Below, in pieces: positions 36,701-48,600 of a stretch of DNA of 64,000 nt. Each line of letters begins with the position of its first letter. Within the stretch, counting starts at the first letter, position 1. Position numbers and translations under genes: made by a program. This DNA is from Amoebophrya sp. A120 (taxonomy: Eukaryota > Protista > Dinoflagellata). Where the stretch lies: NCBI GenBank assembly GCA_905178155.1, contig CAJINV010000003.1:1962395-2026394 (forward strand), written 5' to 3'. The notes beneath the pieces were generated by a model, which was not told the origin of the DNA, did not search any database, and saw nothing but the letters and a program-made list of their open reading frames with translations.

Positions 36701-39700
36701 GGAATGCAGCTGTTCCTCGATCCACCCGGGGTCCATGAGCTTCGTCAACATTTCTCGCGCAGGCTTCAGATCGTTTGCGTCCACCTGTCCATTCGCCACG
36801 CACGTTGACAGGGACGCTTGGATCCCCCGCTTGTCGCAATTGTTGATGGCCGCCGTCAACAACTTTACGAGCTCCTTGGGAGAATCGTGCTTCAACACGT
36901 GCTTTTCGAGCTTCTCCTCGTCCAGCTTGCTCTTCAGCCGCTCCCACTGCGCTTGTAGCTTCACAAATTTCGCGCCCGCCTGCTCGTCCAACCAATCGGA
37001 CTGGTTTTTTAACCCCTTCTGGGTAGCCTGTTTGTCAGAAACAAGAGTAACTTAATGTTAAGTGTTGATGAAACTGTTTGAAATAGTACTTCATCAGGCA
37101 TAGGCAGCCTCGTGGGCTGCTATAAAGCAATATCACATTCATATCATTTATCTACCGACGCTAACACATGCTCCTGAAATAAAAGCTGTTGACCACAGGA
37201 AGAACAAGCTAATAAAAGTTGAAGAACTTTACCTGCTCCACGACGTGCTGCAGCCGCTTGCATGCGTCGAGGTCCGACGGGCTTGGGTCGGTTCGGTCGG
37301 ACAGACCGGCCATGGCGGTGATCAGCGGCAGCTGCACGGAGAGCATGTCGAGCCGGACCGCCAGGCGCTTGGCCACTTCGTCCTCGATTGCCAGATTGGT
37401 CAGCTGGGAGACCGCGGTCTGCAACTGATCCAAATCGACCGTCTTCAGCAATGCGTTCATGTCCTTGTAGACTTCGTACTCCTTGTGGAGCTTCGTTTGA
37501 CAGGTGAGAAACGCCGCTTCGCACACCTTCAGCTTGGTGCTCATGGACTCGATCTCCGCCCGCCACTTCTTCACCTGGTCGCACTCCGCCTTCAACTTGC
37601 CCAAGTCGTTCTTAAACGTCGCCAACGCGTTGGTGTTGGGCGTGTTCGGTTTGTACAACTTGGAACCCGTCGTCTTCATCCAGTTTTGCGTCATGCCGCG
37701 GAGCTCCCGCGCCCGCTTCGTCATCTTCCTCGCGCGGTAGCCGCGGAAGGCCGCCTGGATTTTGATGGTTTTCTCGAGTGTGGCAAACCGCACCTGCTCG
37801 TCGAGGACTTGGTGGCCCCGAAGACGGGCCATCACCTTGGTTTTTCCCATCACGTACTGGCCCTTCAACTCCGGTTGGTGGAACACCTCCGGAAGGCGGT
37901 CCAGAATCAGCGTAACCACCGCCGGGTCGGGGAGCTTTTTGCCCGCTTTTTTCTCACATTCCATCCGGAGTTTCACCGGAAAGCACGCACGGTATTTGCG
38001 GCAGAACTCGGCGGGCAAAGCGCGTAACGGATACCCCTGCTGCCGGATTTTCACCGCTTCCATCGCGCCGGAGAAAATCAGCTGCTCCAACACCTTCGCG
38101 CGCGTGAAAATCTTCGGATTCTTCTCGTCGTTGGGCTTGATGCACCGGACAAAATGCGGCACGGCGGAACGAATTCGCTCCATTAGCGTTTTCAGCGACG
38201 CGCGGAACTGGGTTGAAACCGTCAACTTTTTCTGCTTGCCCTCTTCTTCCAGTTGCTTCCCTAAATCCCTCAGCAACTCGTTCTTCGAGGTCTTCAGCAC
38301 GTCCATCGCCTCGGGCGGCGGGTCGTCCGTGTTTTTTTCATGCACCCAGCCGCCGACATTGTAGGTGACCTTGCCGGCGTAGTGGGTCAGCGTGAACTCC
38401 GGCGGGTCCTTGTTGAACTTGTCCGCCTCGAAGTAAGCATTCTTCTTGGTTTCCATCAGCTTCCCCAGATTGTTCATAAACGTCTTGTCCGTTTGCCGCA
38501 TCCCTTTGGTGGCGTCGTCCAGTACGCTGAAGATGGAGTCCCTGGGCGCGGCAATCGTGTCCAGGATCTCCTGGTTGTCCGCGAACGTGATGCCCTCGAC
38601 GGAAACCCCCTCCGCCTTGTAGTCCGCCATTTCGCGCTTGAACACGAATTCGTTGAAGTGCTGCTGCAGGTTCTCGTTGGATAAATTGATGGTGATCTGC
38701 TCCCAGGTGTTGTTGGGGAAGGACTCGAAGCCCGCGATATCCAGTAAACCCACCTCGATCTTCTTCGCGCTGCTGTTCCCGATGTCCCCGGCGACAACTT
38801 TGTTTAAGTTTTCCATCAGCCAGGCGAACAGCCGCGAGTACACCAGCGTGGCTAACCCGTTCCGCGCCTCGTTCGCCAGCTCCGGCTTCAGTTGCTTCAC
38901 CGTCACGTCCTTCCCGACGATCAGCTTCTTGTTCGTGATCGCGGTCTGCAGCACCTTGTCGTCGCACTCCCAGGCGGTGGACACTTCCTTGGTCTTGTCG
39001 CAGATGGACGAATCGTTTTTCCCCGCTTTAAAACTCACGTTCCCGAGCAATAAAATGCCCGCCACCGCCTTGAACAGGTCGGCGCGCTTCTTCTCGCCGA
39101 TGGTGACGTCCTCGAAGGCCGACACCACCTCGTTGTACTCGGTTTTGTCATCCACGCCGTCGGCGAGCTGGGCTCCGCTTTTCAGGTAGTTGAAGTCGCT
39201 CCACTTCGTGCCCTTCGGCAGCCCGTACTTCGCCCCGTCGGGGCCGTGCAGCAGCATGTAGAAGATGTGAAAGTTGCGCTCCAAACTGGTCTGCTTCAGC
39301 ACGCGCGACTTCTCCAGCAAATAGTCCACCAGCAGCGCACCGTCGATGGAGCCCTTTTGCCCGAACATGATCGCGGTCCACTTCCCGAACCGGGACGAGT
39401 TGTTGTTCCGGGAGGTCTTCGCGTTCCCAAAAGCTTCCAAGATCGGGTTGCACTGCATGATGCGGTCCTGGATGCGGCTCTCGTTGTGCCCGGCGGAGTC
39501 CGCGAAGAACCCCAGCATGATCTTACACGCTTCGGTCTTCCCCGCCCCGGACTCTCCGGAGATCAAAATCGCCTGGTTCAAACTCTCGCGCACGCACCCC
39601 GACAGAGCGGTCTTGGCGATGGAGTACACGTGCGGGGGCTGCTCCCGGGAATCCGCCGCGTTGATGTACTTGTCCATCACCTCGGGCGTGTCCAGGCCGA

Positions 39701-40924
39701 GCCGCTCGAAGGGGTGTGAAGTGTAAAAATGTCTGGGTCTGGAAGGATCCGAACTTGTGATGCGTGTTTCGGATCCTACAAGAAAGATCTGTGATGCATA
39801 AACGTGCAAAAGCTGCCCACTTCTGGACTTGCAGAGAGGGCATTTCTCATGCAGAATACGCATCAGCAAGGAGCTGCAGAACCTGTGATGCTAGGCCCTG
39901 CATTCCAGACGTGGGGGAGCTTGGAAAAACTGCATGACAAATCTCGGAGTCTCCCAGAGGGCGCAGACATTCTTGCATTTGATAAGGGGTTGCAGGAGAC
40001 GATAATTTGGTCGATCATCGTGTAGATCTCCCCCTTCCCGTACCTATGCATTGCAAAAGTATCGTACTAGTAGTAATTGCATTCATGCATTACAAATTTT
40101 TTTCTTAAGGTAAATCCGCATGACAAATTTTATTTCTGATGCTGGGGAAATTTGTATTGCATTTATACGAGTACGATACTTTTGCAATGCATAGTACCGG
40201 GTTTCCAACGACTGCAGCACCGCGGCGTTCACCACGGACCGCAGCTGACACACGTATGAGAGTGCACAACTCCCCCTCCCACTCATTTGTATTGCATGAA
40301 CAGCAATAAAAACACCAGTACACGTGGAGCCTGCGCATGACAAATTCATGTAGTACTCCTGTTTGGGCTTCCGGAATCTGTCATGCAAACAGTGCTAAAG
40401 GGAAGCACTTGGATTTCCGGTTTTGCATGACAAATGAGGGAGAGGGAAATTTGTGCACTCTCATAACACGTCGGGTAAGCCCATTAAATGGTCGTCCTCC
40501 ACGTCCGCGACCTTGGTGATCTCGTCCGCGGTCAGCCACACCACCTCCTCATATGCATTGCAAAAATGTCTGGGTCTGGAAAAAGTGATCTTGTGATGCT
40601 GGCCTTACATTCCAAGAAAATCTGTATTGCATGACTAACAAACGCACAGCGTTCTTTGTGATGCAAAAACGCAGTTTGTCGTGCGCGCTACGTATGAGAC
40701 AGCGTTGCAGGAACTTGTCATGCTTGGCTGCATTCGAAAGCGTTTCAGTCATCCACAGTTCAGCATCACAAGTTTCCAGACCCAGACATATTTGCATGTG
40801 ATACCTGACTCGCGTTCTCGATCTGGTAGCCGCGGACCTTCTTGCCCTTCATGTCCTTAGTCTGCCCCGTGTCCTTCGCCATCACATACCCCTCGACGGG
40901 GTGTGGAATCCACTGCTTCAACAT
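33769..40924 (-). CDS. Myosin heavy chain D: motor, IQ, MyTH4, FERM-like domain, P/A/T linker, K/E tail
   Basis: Starts MLKQWIPHPVEGYV (compare MSTKVWIPHPEEGY in B and C). Motor motifs intact, IQAAFRG, EMYAQVIKQLTHNP. Five TIR elements and GT-AG introns at 37028-37232 and 36348-36536. Confidence 0.92.
35539..35777. mobile_element. TIR intron element, family 7 (239 bp), myosin D only
   Basis: 40-bp TIR with one mismatch (TATGGCGTTCTCAA(A/C)TGTTACATTCTCAACTGTTACATGA); TSD TTGGC; removal gives MDTLA|KTAPPP; absent in copies E and F. Confidence 0.93.
39715..39984. mobile_element. TIR intron element, family 1 (270 bp), myosin D
   Basis: Decayed TIR; TSD AGGGG; interior nearly identical to 3034-3296; removal gives SCNP|FERLGL. 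Confidence 0.9.
40045..40193. mobile_element. TIR intron element, family 4 (149 bp), myosin D
   Basis: TIR TATGCATTGCAAAAGTATCGTACT; TSD GTACC; removal gives LETRY|GKGEIYT; readable as GT-AG. Confidence 0.92.
40255..40465. mobile_element. TIR intron element, family 3 (211 bp), myosin D, inverted relative to 11793-12014
   Basis: Ends TATGAGAGTGCACAA...TTGTGCACTCTCATA; TSD ACACG; removal gives GLPDV|CQLRSV; empty site in copy F near 60224-60228. Confidence 0.92.
40552..40803. mobile_element. TIR intron element, family 1-related (252 bp), myosin D
   Basis: Ends TATGCATTGCAAAAATGTCTGGGTCTGGAAA...TTTCCAGACCCAGACATATTTGCATGTGATA; TSD CCTCA/CCTGA; removal gives ENASQ|EVVWLT; readable as GT-AG. Confidence 0.88.
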
Positions 40925-42092
40925 CTTGCTTCTTCGCGAGGAGGGCGGGCGGGGGGGCTGAAACTAACTAAAGGAAGCGTAAAAGTGAATGGTCAAACTT
41001 TTTTGGAAAATAACCAGTTTGATGTTACAACTTAGAACTTAAAAGCGCTTAAAGTAAACGTGCTTTTTGTCGGTCTCGTCAAAAATACCGGCAGCGCCAT
41101 GGTGCACGTGGGTCGTGATCATCATGGAACAAATAAAAATATTTCATTTGCATTTGGGACAGTAAAACAATCATGTAGCACAGGGTATCGAATTGGGATG
41201 ATGGGTGTCACAGTGGCGTTTGGCTTGCTAGGCCACTGTTGCAAATGAGAGAATGAACGTAAATAAAATCTGAGTATATATAACTTGCTCTACCGTGATG
41301 CCGGCTGAAAAAGAGCGAGCAGTGGCTGTGGCGCCTAGGTGCACGATGAAGTAGCAGACGTTTCTTATCAACAAGCACGAGTTGCAGGACGAGTCAAAAA
41401 GCACAGCACGATACCGACTCAGATTGTTATTAGTCACTTTCTGCTGGGATGTTCTTGATCAGTACGACTGCAGACCGACAATTTTAGTCTTGCCTTTGGC
41501 TTTGCGCCATGGTCATTCACATAGTACAACCGATTTTGATTTATAATTAACCACTGCCTGGATTGCAAACAAAGAGTAGTTCATTTTCATAGAGGGACCG
41601 AATTTCACGAATGAAATACTGGAGAAGCGCCAGAAAATGAGAATAGATGCGAACGCCAATGGTCTCCCATTTCGGAAGATCATAGGCACTCGCCACTTGA
41701 GAAAGCGCTTGATTTAGATAAAGCCTTTAGTGCAATTAGAAACGTCGCGTCGCTCAATCCTTATTTCTCCGCATATTTCCGTCCATGAGGACATGCATCA
41801 TGCTACTTGCGATTGCGCATCATGAGTTAAATACCTGCACTGTTACTCTCGCATCATCAGATATGCATCTTTAGGTGTAGCAAGTATTCGTGTCAAACGA
41901 TAGTCGGCACTCGAATAAATCAATGCACATATTATCAGTAATTTTCTTGTGGCCCGCATGCAGCTCGGTCCTGAAACAAGGCAAACAGCATCACAAACAA
42001 AGCTCGATGTACAATCACAAGTCAAATTGTTGAAGCCTTCAGCAAGCAAGTTCGCCCGGAAACAGGGCGCACCCCAAAAAAACAAAACTGAA

Positions 42093-45000
42093 TGAAGTCT
42101 CCGACTGATATCATTTGACAAAGATTGCCCCAGGGTGCAACGTGCAGAGCCTGAGACGGACATTGTCCAATGATATAGAGCCCGGCGAGGCAGTATCGCC
42201 TACGCAGGCCCGCGTCGTGCGCGACATGTGGATCGACAGCGGAGATCTAGATCGCAAATTCGCAAACTCACACTCTGATCGAACCAACGCAAGGATACAA
42301 GTGGCGCTGCTCACTCAACCACCACCTTTGCGGGGCGATACAGTCCTGGCCGACACTCTAGCTAACTAACGACGAACAACAACAACGAAGCTTTTTTCTT
42401 GTCTCGTCACCTGGCGAAGCCAACCCTTGCAAGCTTTTGAAGGGAGGGAGCGGACGGGTCTTTTCAAAACTTGCAGCGGAGCCACGCCTTTCCTGCAGGC
42501 GACGGCTCGAACTCAATAGTTTCCATCTCAAGTAGCTACTTTTTTCGGGCTTTTGAGGTACTCGCAAAGGGGAGGTGGCGCACACTAACTCACCTCGACT
42601 TTCACCGCGAAAGCCGTGCGGCCCCACATACAAAAAGATCGCCGCGCTCTCAGGATGGAAGCTAGCTAGGAAGTGAACACCAACAGCAGAACCGTCTGTA
42701 GCTAATTCTTGTGCCAACCAGAATTAGCTAGGGCGCACTAGAAATCTTTTTCAGTCTTCGTATCCTTTCCTGCGTCTACGATTTCACTCTGGATCAACGT
42801 ATTGCGCATGCTCAGATCCTTAATGAAATCTCCGACTGATATCATTTGACAAAGATTGTCCCAGGGTGCAACGTGCAGAGCCTGAGACGGACACTGTCCA
42901 ATGATATAGAGCTCGGCGAGGCAGTATCGCCTACGCAGGCCCGCGTCGTGCGCGACATGTGGATCGACAGCGGTGATCTAGATCGCAAATTCGCAAAATG
43001 CGTAACATCCACCACTTCCGATCCTGAGAACAGCGAAGCTTTTTGAAGGGTGCACCCCTGCCCTAAACACTTCACTACTGTGAAGCGGCGTAGCCCTTTG
43101 CGGAAATGAAAACCAGAGGCAGCAATTGGTCGACCCACTGAAGTCAATTAGTTGTCCTCAGCAAAGTCGAAGATTTTGGCCAAACCATTTTTCCAGGTGC
43201 GAGACACTCTAACCGCGAACGATTCTAGTTTTGCTAGATAATCGCTCCAGTTGCCGCCAGCGCGACAGCATCCTATGCGCGCGGGGAAACCGATGATGGC
43301 TGTAGCTTCTTCGTTCGGGAGTCGATGTTTCAATTTTTCAAAGAAATCGCCGAGCGCCTGTTGGAACCACGCCAACCGCTTTGCCTGCGTTTCCGCATTA
43401 CCCTGCTGGTTCTTCGGCGGTAGCCCTGGCTTGTGTTGGCCATACAAGTTTGCTACTAACTTGCTTGCACGGGTTGAAACCTTTCGCAGATCCGCCGTGC
43501 CCGGGACTCTTTTGTAGGACTTCGCGCACGTGTTTGCTGGTGGATATTTGAAAAGTATCTTCTTCGCTATACCTTCCGCTTTTCCTATGGTCAGGCAGTT
43601 TGTCTGGTGCGCGATCACATTCATGTTGTCTGCTAGAATTGATCCCCGCACATGCACCAGCGGCACTCTTTCCGGCTTTACTTTCTGGCTTGCTTTTCTC
43701 TTCGGCTTCTCCAACAGTGCCAAGGTACTTTCCGAGTACCCTTCGCACTTTGTCTGCAGACTTTGCGCTGGCACTGTGCTCAGCACCAGATAGGTGTCGT
43801 CTGTTGGCGGTAGGTCTACCCAGCTTGCTCCTTTCCATACTTGGAATATCGATTTATTCTTCTGGAATCTGCTCACCGTGTGAAACTTCGAATGCAAATA
43901 AGCAAGCCTGCTTTTGTATTTTGGAACTAAAACCAACGCCCGGGGGCGCTGTGCTTCCGGGACTTTCATGTAGTCCACCAATTTCTTGAGGACCGGCATA
44001 ATTGCAAAGCTGCCTGGATGCCACCAACTCAATTCCAGCGCCATTTCGTGGTCTGTGGTCTGGTACGCGTCCGTGATGTGGTTTTTGAAATAATCCACCA
44101 GTCTGCTGTGACCCTCACGATCACGCATCGCGTCCACTGTTGGCGTGATTTTCAGCCTTGAGCATACCGACGACAACGCTTCTGGTTTTAGTCGTTTGCT
44201 CGGGTTCTGGTCGTACAGCGTACTGCTGAGCTGTAGTCGGCTGATCGCGTCTGCTATCACATTATGCTTGCCCCGCACATGTTGCGCCAGCATTTTTATT
44301 CCCAACCTGTTTTGCATCAACTTGATGGCCTTGGCTTTTTCTGCGAGCCACTGTTTCCGCCCGGTCCCAAAGTTGATGTAGTGCATGGCACTGGTATTGT
44401 CTGTCCGCAGAAGGATAATTCTGCCCGCAAAACGTTCGCCGTATTTTTTTAGCCATTCTGCGACTGTGGTCAGATCCCTTTTGTTGGAGTGTCTTTGGTC
44501 GATTTCTTCGCTGAAGTCGCCCTCGTGCCGCACTTCGTCCCCGTCCGCCGTCAGCCCCCAATGAAACCCGCTAGCATCACTTGTGACGATCATGAAAGAG
44601 GCGGGATCAATATCTTGGAAGATTTCGGGATGATCAAGCAATTCCGGAGTAAACAGGAAAGATAAGCCCTCGGTCGTGGAAAAGATGGGGATAAAAGGAT
44701 CGTCTTTGAGGACTTGAAGCCACCAAGAAAAATCTGCTATGACCGCAGCGGAGAGCTGGGGAGATGGACTGAAAGACTTGCGTCCTTTGGTCCATGCAGC
44801 GATAGCCCCCGAATCCCCAAGCAAGTCGTAAGCGTTCCGCAGAAATGCGCGCCCAGCCGAGACAACAAAGGAGATGAAGTTCAACTTTCCTACTATCGAC
44901 GCCAGATCTTTTGCGTTCGTTGATAATCCGTTCGCGGCCTCTTGCAAGCATTTTCTAATGCTGCAATATACTTTTCGCGTTGTTCTGGGTCCACGTAAAT

Positions 45001-45656
45001 CCGCATCTTGATGGCGTTGATCATGAACCCTATCCAGCAGATGCACTGCGTCGGATAAGTCATCTTATCCAGCTTATCCGCCCGGAATCCATGTAAAACC
45101 AATCCTGGAACGAAGGAAAAGGCGCGAAGTTTTAGAGGCACGAAGGTCGTCCCCTTACCGCTCACGCGTCGGATTTCGGAGGCGGCTTCGCAACACTCAG
45201 GGGCTTCCGACCGAAGATGACGAATAAATAGCTGAGAACAGTTTAACCGGGACTGGCAGCGACGCACACTGTGTGCAAACATTACACAAGATGCACACTG
45301 CGCGCAAGCGGGAACTAAAGTGGCAAACACATCTTGCGTTGCGGGCCTTCTGGCCACATGCGTTCTAGCATGCTAAACTTTTGGACGTGATGTCTTTCAT
45401 TACGTCCCAACTGAGCCCAAGCAGCGAAAGAGGCTGTCGCGTCGACGACTTACTTTGGCTAACCGAAATCCTACAGCCTTACCGCACGGCGCGTCGGATT
45501 TCGTGCCGTAATCACTCAAGCTAACGAGGTCTTTCAGCCTTTAACTTAGTCCTTTCTATCCTATACTAATAGCTACTTTTTTCGGACTTTTGAGGTACTC
45601 GCAAAGGGGAGGTGGCGTACACTAACTCACCTCGACTTTCACCGCGAAAGCCGTGC
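42093..45656 (-). mobile_element. Internally deleted tyrosine-recombinase-class retroelement (DIRS order, Ngaro/PAT-like split direct repeats), copy 1
   Basis: On the coding strand the order is A1 (45656-45570), ORF, B1 (42997-42822), A2 (42619-42533), B2 (42266-42091). DIRS-type RT end and RNase H. The left junction is defined by comparison with the uninterrupted flank at 62101-62160. No gag, RT catalytic core or recombinase seen. Confidence 0.8.
43148..45100 (-). pseudogene. Retroelement pol remnant: RT C-terminus (frameshifted near 44935), RNase H, adenine-MTase-like domain, macrodomain
   Basis: KMTYPTQCICWIGFMIN (RT end, other frame); LASIVGKLNF...GRAFLR; TSDASGFHWG...LRTDNTSAMHYIN...HVRGKHNVIADAISR (RNase H); PTVDAM...DAY...WWHP...VLVP (MTase-like); RGSIL...IAHQTNC...GIAKKI...NLYGQ...FPARIGCCRAGGNW (macro). 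Confidence 0.8.
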
Positions 45657-48600
45657 TGCAACTTCATTGTTGCTATTCGCGCCCGTCGCCGCCGCGGCCT
45701 CGGCGGCGGCCTTCTCCCCCGCGGCCGGCGGCGGTGCGGTCTTGGCCATCGTGTCCATGCACTGCGTGGCCATGGTCAGCAATTCCTTCTTTTCGGGCAG
45801 CTCCTTCTCGAACTTCTGTTTGGACTTGACCAGAAAAGCCCGCACGTACTCAATGAAGTCGGGCGTGGGGATGGCGTGCTGGAAGATGAAGGCGAGCAGC
45901 TTCCACCCTAAGAGCTGGGACCGCAGCCCCGGGTTGTGGGTGAGCTGCTTGATCACCTGCGCGTACATCTCGTTGGTCAGCGCCGCCTCGGACCGCGCCT
46001 TCCACACGATCGCGTACAACAGCGGCACGCGCCGCTTCTCGTCCACGGGGTGGTCCGTCATCCAACCGAGCACGTTTCGGTAGGCCGCGGTAGCGGTGGA
46101 GTTCATGCTGGCGTCCCCGATGTTCGTCAACGGGGCGGACAGCTTATTCTTGCTCCACGCGAACGTGCCCCCGGGCTCGCACGGAAGAATCTTATTCCCG
46201 TCCGGACCCGTGATGGGCTTTACCACATCCGTGTTGATGCAGGGGGCCTTGCTCATGTCACCGTACAACGCCATCACCATGTCGAGGTTACCCGACGCCA
46301 CTTTACCGTCCCTGGGGTTGATGTTGATGCGTGTTTATTCAGATATAGAAGAGTGCACATGATCAGCGATCGAGTTTTCAAAATTCAAACGCACTGGAAC
46401 TGGTGCCGGCCTAGATGCGAGACGAGCCGTTTCCGTTTGTTTCTACAACAGTGCATCTGCATGTATGACTAGAATACAATTAGCATATGCAAACAGAAAC
46501 ACTTTAGGAAACACGGGGAAAAAACACCAGAAGTGATTAATACCTTTGGAACAGGGACCCACGTCGAATATGGGCGATGCGCGAAGCGTTTTCCGCCTTT
46601 GTGAGAAGATCGGCGTCGACGCCCGCATCTTGTCCGGCAAGAGCTAAATTCGCGACCTTGGTGGCCAGGCCGTGAAAATCTTTCTTGGCTTCCAGGGTTT
46701 TCAGACAGGAATGCAGCTGTTCCTCGATCCACCCGGGGTCCATAAGCTTCGTCAACATTTCTCGCGCAGGCTTCAGATCGTTGGCGTCCACCTGTCCATT
46801 CGCCACGCACGTTGACAGGGACGCTTGGATCCCCCGCTTGTCGCAATTGTTGATGGCCGCCGTCAGCAACTTTACGAGCTCCTTGGGAGAATCGTGCTTC
46901 AACTCGTGCTTCTCGAGCTTCTCCTCGTCCAACTTGCTCTTCAGCCGCTCCCACTGGGCTTGCAGCTTCACAAATTTCGCGCCCGCCTGCTCGTCCAACC
47001 AATCGGACTGGTTTTTTAACCCCTTCTGGGTAGCCTATGCGTCAGAGAAAATAAAAACTTTCACTTTGTTTTAATTGAAAAGAAAAACCTCATTAGGCTG
47101 AGGCTAGCTCTAGCAGGTGAAGACTGCAGCAGAAGCAAAATCACATAACGCTATGAAAGCATGCTACCACGAAACAAGTTGACAGGAAGAACGAGCTAAA
47201 AGTCGAAGAAACTTTTATTTACCTGCTCCACGACGTGCTGCAGCCGCTTGCATGCGTCGAGGTCCGACGGGCTTGGGTCGGTTCGGTCGGACAGACCGGC
47301 CATGGCGGTGATCAGCGGCAGCTGCACGGAGAGCATGTCGAGCCGGACCGCCAGGCGCTTGGCCACTTCGTCCTCGATTGCCAGATTGGTCAGCTGGGAG
47401 ACCGCGGTCTGCAACTGATCCAAATCGACCGTCTTCAGCAATGCGTTCATGTCCTTGTAGACTTCGTACTCCTTGTGGAGCTTCGTTTGACAGGTGAGAA
47501 ACGCCGCTTCGCACACCTTCAGCTTGGTGCTCATGGACTCGATCTCCGCCCGCCACTTCTTCACCTGGTCGCACTCCGCCTTCAACTTGCCCAAGTCGTT
47601 CTTAAACGTCGCCAACGCGTTGGTGTTGGGCGTGTTCGGTTTGTACAACTTGGAACCCGTCGTCTTCATCCAGTTTTGCGTCATGCCGCGGAGCTCCCGC
47701 GCCCGCTTCGTCATCTTCCTCGCGCGGTAGCCGCGGAAGGCCGCCTGGATTTTGATGGTTTTCTCGAGTGTGGCAAACCGCACCTGCTCGTCGAGGACTT
47801 GGTGGCCCCGAAGACGGGCCATCACCTTGGTTTTTCCCATCACGTACTGGCCCTTCAACTCCGGTTGGTGGAACACCTCCGGAAGGCGGTCCAGAATCAG
47901 CGTAACCACCGCCGGGTCGGGGAGCTTTTTGCCCGCTTTTTTCTCACATTCCATCCGGAGTTTCACCGGAAAGCACGCACGGTATTTGCGGCAGAACTCG
48001 GCGGGCAAAGCGCGTAACGGATACCCCTGCTGCCGGATTTTCACCGCTTCCATCGCGCCGGAGAAAATCAGCTGCTCCAACACCTTCGCGCGCGTGAAAA
48101 TCTTCGGCTTCTTCTCGTCGTTGGGCTTGATGCACCGGACAAAGTGCGGCACGGCGGAACGAATTCGCTCCATTAGCGTTTTCAGCGACGCGCGGAACTG
48201 GGTTGATACCGTCAACTTTTTCTGCTTGCCCTCTTCTTCCAGTTGCTTCCCTAAATCCCTCAGCAACTCGTTCTTCGAGGTCTTCAGCACGTCCATCGCC
48301 TCGGGCGGCGGGTCGTCCGTGTTTTTTTCATGCACCCAGCCGCCGACATTGTAGGTGACCTTGCCGGCGTAGTGGGTCAGCGTGAACTCCGGCGGGTCCT
48401 TGTTGAACTTGTCCGCCTCGAAGTAAGCATTCTTCTTGGTTTCCATCAGCTTCCCCAGATTGTTCATAAACGTCTTGTCCGTTTGCCGCATCCCTTTGGT
48501 GGCGTCGTCCAGTACGCTGAAGATGGAGTCCCTGGGCGCGGCAATCGTGTCCAGGATCTCCTGGTTGTCCGCGAACGTGATGCCCTCGACGGAAACCCCC

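Noticed and set aside
39715-39869. N-terminus MLMRILHEKC... of the 886/887-aa ORFs as the myosin start
   Set aside because: It lies inside a TIR element; the homologous start is MLKQWIPHP at 40924, 50911 and 60999.
42091-45668. 8-bp inverted match AATGAAGT...ACTTCATT at the retroelement ends as a DNA-transposon TIR
   Set aside because: Too short, no TSD, the right copy may be myosin coding sequence (NEV), and the split direct repeats explain the element better.
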